Made by a program: the position numbers and the translations under genes
Shown here: piece after piece, positions 59,415 through 64,000 of the stretch
Layout: each line of letters opens with the position of its first letter
How positions within the stretch are numbered: the stretch's first letter is position 1
Notes under the pieces: generated by a model
The model's database searches: none
Told to the model about the DNA's origin: nothing
What the model saw: only the letters and a program-made list of their open reading frames with translations
NCBI GenBank assembly: GCA_030704615.1
Contig: CM060731.1
Span: forward strand, 46,004,001-46,068,000
Source: Takakia lepidozioides
Lineage: Eukaryota > Plantae > Bryophyta
Direction of reading: 5' to 3'
DNA: 64,000 nucleotides

Positions 59415-60623
59415 ATGAGTTCCACCGAGTCCCTGCTGTCCGCGCAATGGCGGAGCCCCTCCGACATCTTGTCGGTCTTACTCATTATTGGCGGTGATGT
59501 AGTACAGAAAGCTCTTGCTCAACTCTCAGGAGATCGTCTGGTGCCCGTAGCATTCAGTTTCGGATGGGTAGCATACTCGTTCAGCACCCTGATGGCAATC
59601 GTGGGAGATGGACGTCTAATGCCTCTGCCGGACTACCCCGCCAAGGTCATCAACGCCGAGTCTGGCTACATCCGCTCCAACAGATCCTGGGTACTCAGCC
59701 GGTTGCTCCGGGACTTTGAGTTTCCACTTGCTGACCACATCGGCCTACATATTACTGTCTTCAAAGCGGAAGAAAGGGAAGCAGGTAGTCCAGACAAGGA
59801 CTGGTGTTGGGCAAGCGGAGTTCTGGTCATAGTTTTGCAGCTGGGAATCGCAGCTATCCCATGCGGATTGTACGGTGACCCGGGAATCCTCCTTGCGACA
59901 GCTGCAGGAACACTGCTAGCTCTGACTACAGGCTCGTTACCGCAATGGCGGTTTGAAAAGTGGGCATGTCGAACAAAGAGCAAGAAGGTGGTAAGTCTGA
60001 CTGGCGGGAATGGCACAAGGCATGTGATGGTCATCCTCGGCGATGGAAGAGGACTGGATCTCGAGGATCTAGCAGCGGCGGAGAGCCCAATGATGAGGCG
60101 ACGATCCGAGCAGGGCTACCGCCTGGCGAAGCGTGTGCGTGACGAAAATGGGGCACTCCTGAAGGACAAAGAAGTTTTGATGCTTGGCAGTGTCCCTGCC
60201 TCGTTCCGGATAACCCAGGTTATGTGTGTGGTGCTAGCAGCTCTGTGGATTGTATTTCTCCTCACGGTTGCGGGGCTGAAGCAGAACACATGGTACCTGC
60301 TTGCGGTTGGCGGTCTCGGCATGATCCAAAATGTGGTGGTTGCAGGGGCGAGTCGGGGACAAAGCACAACAGGCATTCACTTGACTAAAATTGAGTCATT
60401 TGAGCAACCAAAGGTCATGGATGCATTGATGGATCTTGAAATAAACCATGAAACTGTCGGGAGGTCTCTGCTTAAGGAATTCTTTAATGGGAACTTACGA
60501 CCTGCAGAAAAAGGCTGGTGGGATGGCACGGACAAGGAATCATACGAGAGCGATAGGCGCAGGAAGAGGCCTGAGAGCTTGCGATATGGTGCTCCTTCCG
60601 CATTCCAGTCTCATCAGATATGA
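59415..60623 (+). CDS. Fungal-type conserved multi-pass membrane protein (~402 aa), partner of the HET gene
   Basis: Intronless intact ORF with 4-6 hydrophobic segments. Motifs QW..PSDILSVLLIIGGDVVQKALAQL, PVAFSFGWVAY, DGRLMP.PD, R.NRSW.L.RLLRD, LPQW..EKW, GNG.RHV, LDLEDLA, WYLLAVGGLGM.QN and KVM.ALM.LE resemble a family of ascomycete hypothetical proteins I recognise from recall. Possible 48-nt 5'UTR intron GTAAGT...CTCAG at 59365-59412. Confidence 0.8.
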   Translation: MSSTESLLSAQWRSPSDILSVLLIIGGDVVQKALAQLSGDRLVPVAFSFGWVAYSFSTLMAIVGDGRLMPLPDYPAKVINAESGYIRSNRSWVLSRLLRDFEFPLADHIGLHITVFKAEEREAGSPDKDWCWASGVLVIVLQLGIAAIPCGLYGDPGILLATAAGTLLALTTGSLPQWRFEKWACRTKSKKVVSLTGGNGTRHVMVILGDGRGLDLEDLAAAESPMMRRRSEQGYRLAKRVRDENGALLKDKEVLMLGSVPASFRITQVMCVVLAALWIVFLLTVAGLKQNTWYLLAVGGLGMIQNVVVAGASRGQSTTGIHLTKIESFEQPKVMDALMDLEINHETVGRSLLKEFFNGNLRPAEKGWWDGTDKESYESDRRRKRPESLRYGAPSAFQSHQI

Positions 60624-61589
60624 CTTGCGTTTGAGCTATAGGGATGGGGGGCACGGTTCTAAATTTTCCCTATGCATCATTATCGAAAGTCATGAAATTT
60701 TTTCCTGCTAGACAGTTTTATTTGTGTCCTCTGTTTTTCCTATCTACTAGTCAAAGTCATGTTGTTGTTTTGTTAGTTCTATCAAAGATTTGTATTCACG
60801 AGCTCAACTCAGTCAAGTACCATAAGGATTGCACCACCAGCTGTAACCATGAAGACCTTTCATCTCTGATGCTTGTAGGCTGCCTGACTATTTATCGAAA
60901 CCTGGCTCACATGCAGATGTGTAGGTCTGCGTGCATTACTGCATCAGGAAGCGAGAGTTTCAAGGGAGCGAGACTCAACTAGCACATTTTTATCAGCACC
61001 AATCAGGATCTCATGTGGCAGCATCAATTGGTATATTGTAACAAAATCAGTCCCTCCAAAGGCAAATTGCTGTTTCAGCTCCATGTGTGACTGTGTGAAT
61101 TTTTTTCAAAAGAGCTGTGCAATTGTCAAGTCGGTATCATATCTCCCCTTCCTGCTGCTTCCTTGCGCGGGTCTGGTCTAGGGACCAGGAGGGGGAGGCA
61201 GGAGTGTAAAGTTGGTTGGAGGTGAATGCTCCAACCGGGTGGTATTTGTATCCAATTTCATCTCTTCTTGGATGTTTCATCCACATGGGATGAAAGCCTC
61301 GAACTGACAAGGGAATTGGCCTTCATCGCATCTTCCACAAAAGCAAAATGTATTTTTCCCTTGCAAAGGGGTAAAAAATGGGCCCACCCACTGCGGTGGG
61401 AGATTTCACCTGATTGGCCTGCAAATTTGCAGACCCTGCTGCAACAGGTAGGTAAGTACCTTTTGTCCGTTATTGTCATTTTCTTGGGAGTCATACCCAT
61501 TTTCTATCCCGGGGTCACTCTTTCCTACAAAGTCAAACTTACCCACTCGGCGCCTAGGGGTTAGGAAGCACACTTCTAGATACCACTAC

Positions 61590-62096
61590 CTTAGCACCAT
61601 CTCAACTTCCATGGTGGCTTCAGTTGGCGACGGCCACTCCATTCTCGAAACGAGGGTCGATCCCCAGCTTGGTACGACATGATGATCTCAGATCCTCCAC
61701 CATGGACGAGTAGGGGGCGTAAACCCACAGCGCGAAAGAAGCACCAGCTCTTTACCACTCTTTTCCTTGAGAGACGCATCCTGCTCAGCGGCTCCTCCAC
61801 ATTTTGGCACCTCCATACTTCACAATTCCGGTCTTATTCCGGAATCGCTCAGGGATAAAAGGTAGCGCCTCTTCTAGGACAGAAACTCTTTCTTTTCCGC
61901 TATTATGCCCAATCAGCTTAGTAGTTTGGCCTGCCACTCCCTGAGCTCTGAATAAATTCCCCCAGGCCGACCTATGGTGTGGAACCGTGACACAAGGTTG
62001 TTGTGATGGTAATTGGAAAGAAGAGAGTACATAAGGTTTCCTCCTTGATCTTTGACTAATGCTTGTGCGGGATAAAAGAAGGGCCATATTATCCAC
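61590..62096 (-). pseudogene. NAGK: N-acetylglutamate kinase (NAGK/argB) pseudogene fragment
   Basis: A transit-peptide-like start is followed by RVSVLEEALPFI.RFRNKT.IVKYGGA, then frameshifted VGLRPLLVHGGGSEI and KLGIDPRFENG...EATMEVEMVL. Truncated at about 61590. Confidence 0.8.
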
Positions 62097-62135
62097 AGAG
62101 ACGAGCAGGCACCAAAGGGCGCGGGGTCGATTTGA

Positions 62136-62234
62136 CTGTTTGGGATTGTTCGAGTAGAAGAAATTAAATTGACGGCCGATCTCCTGTTTGGGATTGTTCG
62201 AGTAGAAGAAATTAAATTGACGGCCGATCTCCTG
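62136..62234. repeat. Exact 48-bp tandem duplication
   Basis: ctgtttgggattgttcgagtagaagaaattaaattgacggccgatctc occurs twice, at 62136 and 62184. Confidence 0.9.
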
Positions 62235-63394
62235 GGCGGCTGGAGCAGCGTTTAACCCCTAAGCGTCAAAACGACCCAACTTGGGTCGGTTGGGTTTAGA
62301 AAACAGGGCAGGTTATCCCTAAGGTTAAGCCTGATGTGGGCCCACATAGGCTCAATCGATTGGAAATCAAGTCAAGTATGATGTGGCATTGCCCAATTGG
62401 TCATATGTACTGGCAATTGCCACGTGGAGAGCGTAGAGTCCGCCACACTCCTGATTTTGAGGCCACTTTCCACCATCTAACTTGCCCAAAGGATGACCTG
62501 ACAACTAGGGTCCGGTTAGGGTGAAATTCCATGCACCCCCAAAGGGAGGGTGGTGCGTCTCCTAACACCTTTTATTGCGCCACTTACCCCCTAAATGGCA
62601 CCCGCAGTCGACCTCCCTCGGAGATCTCCATGCCTAAGCTGGAATCAATGGCGATGGTAGCTCCAGGCGTGATTTGGTGTCAAACCTGTTGTTGTCGGAG
62701 GGTGGGGGAGAGCGCGGGTGGAGACTCAATTGATGCGTGGCGGTGCGCACCTCGAGAGCGGCCTGGAGATGCTTATTCGACATTTTTTTTATTATCGCGT
62801 TGATGAACCTGGGTGGGGGGGGGGTGGACATGCCTTGGGAAGGGTGGAGACCTAATCAATTTAGGGACGGTAGAATGAGGCACCCCCTAAAACCCTCCAC
62901 AAGAGAGGGCTATTGGCCAAAAATTATAGGCCCACATAGGTGCAATTGCAAGTCTCATGGGCAAGGGGTAAAAAGACCTAGTAGGAGACTCAGATTGGCC
63001 CGAAATGTTTTTAGGGAAAACCCATACCCACCCACAACACTCCGCCATCATAGGCAAGCTGTAAACTGAACACCCAATCACCGAGGATCCCTTGTGCAAA
63101 GCACATAATTTTTGAAATCGCAGATGTATTATATATTGGTTATCAAAGTACATATTTTTTTTTTAGTCCAACTTTTTTTGGAAGGTGGACATCTTCATGA
63201 CACACCAAACGATGGTTTGAACCCACAACCACATCCAACGTGGTATGTGCCCATTACCACTGGGCTACATGCTGGTTGTCAAAGTACATATCATCCCACT
63301 TCTGCTGAGTAGGACGGTCCCTCCTGTAAAACCAATTAATATTTTTAATATTTGACGCATCCCGAAGGAAGCGTAAATTATGGTGTCTCTTCAC

Positions 63395-63492
63395 CCAGAA
63401 GGCCCTCGATGGCATGTGTTGAGCAGTAGGCTCTGTAAATTAGGCTCTGTAAATTCAATGGACGCTAAAGAAACTTTATCTTATCTTATCTC
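63395..63492 (+). mobile_element. Second copy of the (TTATC)n-tailed retroposon 3' end
   Basis: Homologous to 58721-58830 in inverted orientation, with an internal taggctctgtaaat duplication. Confidence 0.65.
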
Positions 63493-64000
63493 TTTACATG
63501 CAAGTGTGTAAGAATATGAATACACTTATGCGAGAGTAGATTGTTGTGAAGGGGTGATTTTCCATAGCTTGGGGTGCCCTAGGCTCGACCCTTTTTGAGT
63601 GATGTAGAGGACATTAGTATTGAAGGGGGGGATAACATGGGATTGGATCATAGCTCTGTGGGAGCGGGAGATGGTTGAAGTGCTCAAGCGCATGGTCGGC
63701 TTGACCATGAAGTATTGGAGTCATTGGCTTCAATGAGTAGCTATACATCTCAGTCCGGACTCCGAGGATACAGCCTAGTCCCCCAAGTAGTGAGAGTTTC
63801 AGTATGAACCCTCAATATGAGCAAAACATTTTAGGTTCTTACTTATGTAGCGCTGAATCCTAGGTTGCTCTTCCATGTATCAAGATACGAAACATACATT
63901 TTGATCTTTCATGTATTTCATTTCGCACTACCTCACCCTCAATTCATGGTTGTTCATGGTGATGCTTTTTATGTAATGTTTGAGCCTGCTAAATCGTTGT

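Overview
Intron-rich nuclear DNA of a land plant, probably a bryophyte/moss-like early-diverging lineage (inference). Four ordinary host genes lie in the left 40 kb: a GH1 beta-glucosidase (+, 900-7877), Rubisco activase with alternative alpha/beta C-termini (+, 14804-18025), a DUF1421/FLOE1-like protein (-, 24899-21472) and cohesin SMC3 (+, 26297-40058), which has an AT-AC minor-spliceosome intron and two GC-AG introns. A young non-L1 LINE family with no 3' UTR and no poly(A) is present as at least five insertions, all ending at TC(T/A)TC sites, including a tandem array in a (CT)n tract and a copy nested in an older L1. The most striking element is in the TE-rich right third: a divergently transcribed (head-to-head) pair of intact fungal-type genes. 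One encodes an ~825-aa HET-domain (TIR-related) protein with a single 74-nt fungal-style intron (-, 53239-50688); the other encodes a ~402-aa multi-pass membrane protein (+, 59415-60623). They are separated by ~6 kb of MITE, foldback and LINE debris. This looks like a horizontally acquired two-gene cell-death/defence module. A decayed N-acetylglutamate kinase fragment lies near the right end. All calls are by eye from motifs; no database searches were run.
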